Positions 63,205-64,000 of a stretch of 64,000 nt of DNA are shown piece after piece (position 1 is the first letter of the stretch; the number at the start of each line of letters is the position of its first letter). The notes under the pieces are model-generated. The model searched no databases and was not told where the DNA came from. It worked only from the letters and a program-made list of their open reading frames with translations. The position numbers and the translations under genes were made by a program. This DNA comes from a virus (Duplodnaviria > Caudoviricetes), in the IMG/VR virus record IMGVR_UViG_3300000101_000005; one strand, given 5' to 3'.

Positions 63205-64000
63205 GATTGTTATACTTGGCGGCGGCGTTGCAGGTTGGCTGTCTGCGCTAGTTATTAGAAAAAAGTTTCCATCTATAGAAGTTAGTGTAGTAGAAGATCC
63301 TAATAAGCCTCCTATTATTGCAGGCGAAAGTGGCACTACTACATTTGTTCAGTTATTACAAGACATTGATATTGACTTTGACGACTTTGTTAAACACACA
63401 AAATCTACTCCTAAGATGGGTGGTAGATTTAAAGACTGGAATGGAGTTGGTAGTGAATTTATACATTGTTTACAAACTGATTATGCACCTTGGCTAGACG
63501 GTTGGACTGATACTGAAAAAGCTATGAGTGAGATTACTATTGGTGAATTAAAAAATATTATGGTAGCTGAAAGACAAAAGGATCTATATCAAGCTACTTT
63601 ACTAGGAAACAATGTTCCATTGGCAGATGCATTTTACGCAAACTATTTTATTAAAGAAAACAAAGTTCCTTTTGGCGCAAGTAGAGCTGACTTGCCTATT
63701 ATTCCAATGTGGCATAACGAAAGTAGAGCAACAGCAGCGTATTTAAAATCTATTGCATTACAACGTAACATTGATTTGATAGAAGGCACATATGTTGATG
63801 CAACACAAAACGATAGCGGCGATATAACAAGTTTAGTTTTAGATGACAATCGAACAATAGAAGGAGATTGGTTTGTTGATTGTAGTGGCTTTGCACAACT
63901 ACTAATTAGAAAAAAATTAGGAACAAAATACACTGATTACTCAAAACATTTTACACATAATTCTGTTATTGCATGGTGGGACGAACCTAAATATTCAGTA
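63182..64000 (+). CDS. flavin-dependent halogenase family protein 3 (partial, runs off the window)
   Basis: TTG start after AAGGAGAG; open for 273 codons; GGGVAG, AGES, STPKMG.RF.DW, FVDCSGF; absent from ORF track. Confidence 0.85.
   Translation, partial: MKLQSTSKIVILGGGVAGWLSALVIRKKFPSIEVSVVEDPNKPPIIAGESGTTTFVQLLQDIDIDFDDFVKHTKSTPKMGGRFKDWNGVGSEFIHCLQTDYAPWLDGWTDTEKAMSEITIGELKNIMVAERQKDLYQATLLGNNVPLADAFYANYFIKENKVPFGASRADLPIIPMWHNESRATAAYLKSIALQRNIDLIEGTYVDATQNDSGDITSLVLDDNRTIEGDWFVDCSGFAQLLIRKKLGTKYTDYSKHFTHNSVIAWWDEPKYSV

Noticed and set aside
615-63933. Many ORF-track entries antisense to or overlapping long genes (e.g. 615-884, 4487-4729, 5359-5646, 24976-25422, 32795-33160, 46796-47212, 54265-54729, 55087-55560, 63643-63933)
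   Set aside because: Shadow ORFs lying opposite well-supported genes, with no RBS or promoter and with Ser/Leu/Phe-rich antisense-type composition.
1-64000. Stop-codon reassignment (alternative genetic code)
   Set aside because: Core genes are full length in the standard code, and TAG, TGA and TAA all end genes at coupled junctions.
1-64000. CRISPR array, IS element, integrase, rRNA
   Set aside because: No regularly spaced repeat-spacer series, transposase, recombinase or rRNA-like sequence seen; the 2619-2716 repeat has no unique spacers.
59012-64000. Assigning a cyanobacterial host from the halogenase and 2OG oxygenase genes
   Set aside because: These families are widespread in aquatic myophages; no photosynthesis genes are in the window, and PqqA points elsewhere.
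1-64000. GATC avoidance as an anti-restriction signal
   Set aside because: GATC occurs frequently throughout the window by eye.

Overview
This is 64 kb of a large, AT-rich, T4-related myophage genome. Gene order and content resemble Rak2/GAP32-type jumbo phages, and it is probably aquatic or marine (inference). Layout: (i) 1-2.6 kb, plus strand: small early genes behind consensus sigma70 promoters, then a hairpin-rich intergenic region and a tRNA-Arg with the rare GCG anticodon. (ii) 3.7-34.5 kb, minus strand: replication and recombination genes (gp41 helicase, primase, a 188-aa DnaE-like core, gp62-like, UvsW, UvsY, UvsX, gp32). These are interleaved with a carbamoyltransferase and a ~17 kb sugar-modification locus (FkbM methyltransferases, UDP-sugar dehydrogenase, epimerase, glycosyltransferases, five KpsS/KpsC-like paralogs, a cytidylyltransferase-cupin fusion). 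(iii) 35-58.9 kb: morphogenesis genes (terminase, gp4, tail tube and sheath, neck gp13/14/15, fibre-like proteins, an S8 protease). (iv) 59-64 kb: two 2OG-Fe(II) oxygenases and three tandem flavin-dependent halogenase homologs. Main observations not visible in the ORF track: a 23-aa PqqA precursor peptide gene with its own RBS and terminator; a fixed TAA(A/G)TA-N5-ATG architecture at 14 genes, implying leaderless late mRNAs; a 149-aa minimal malonyl-CoA-decarboxylase-like protein retaining its catalytic motifs; T4-type capsid-targeting N-termini, one on a nucleotidyltransferase; and the third halogenase, which runs off the window end. All product calls come from motif recognition by eye; no database searches were run.
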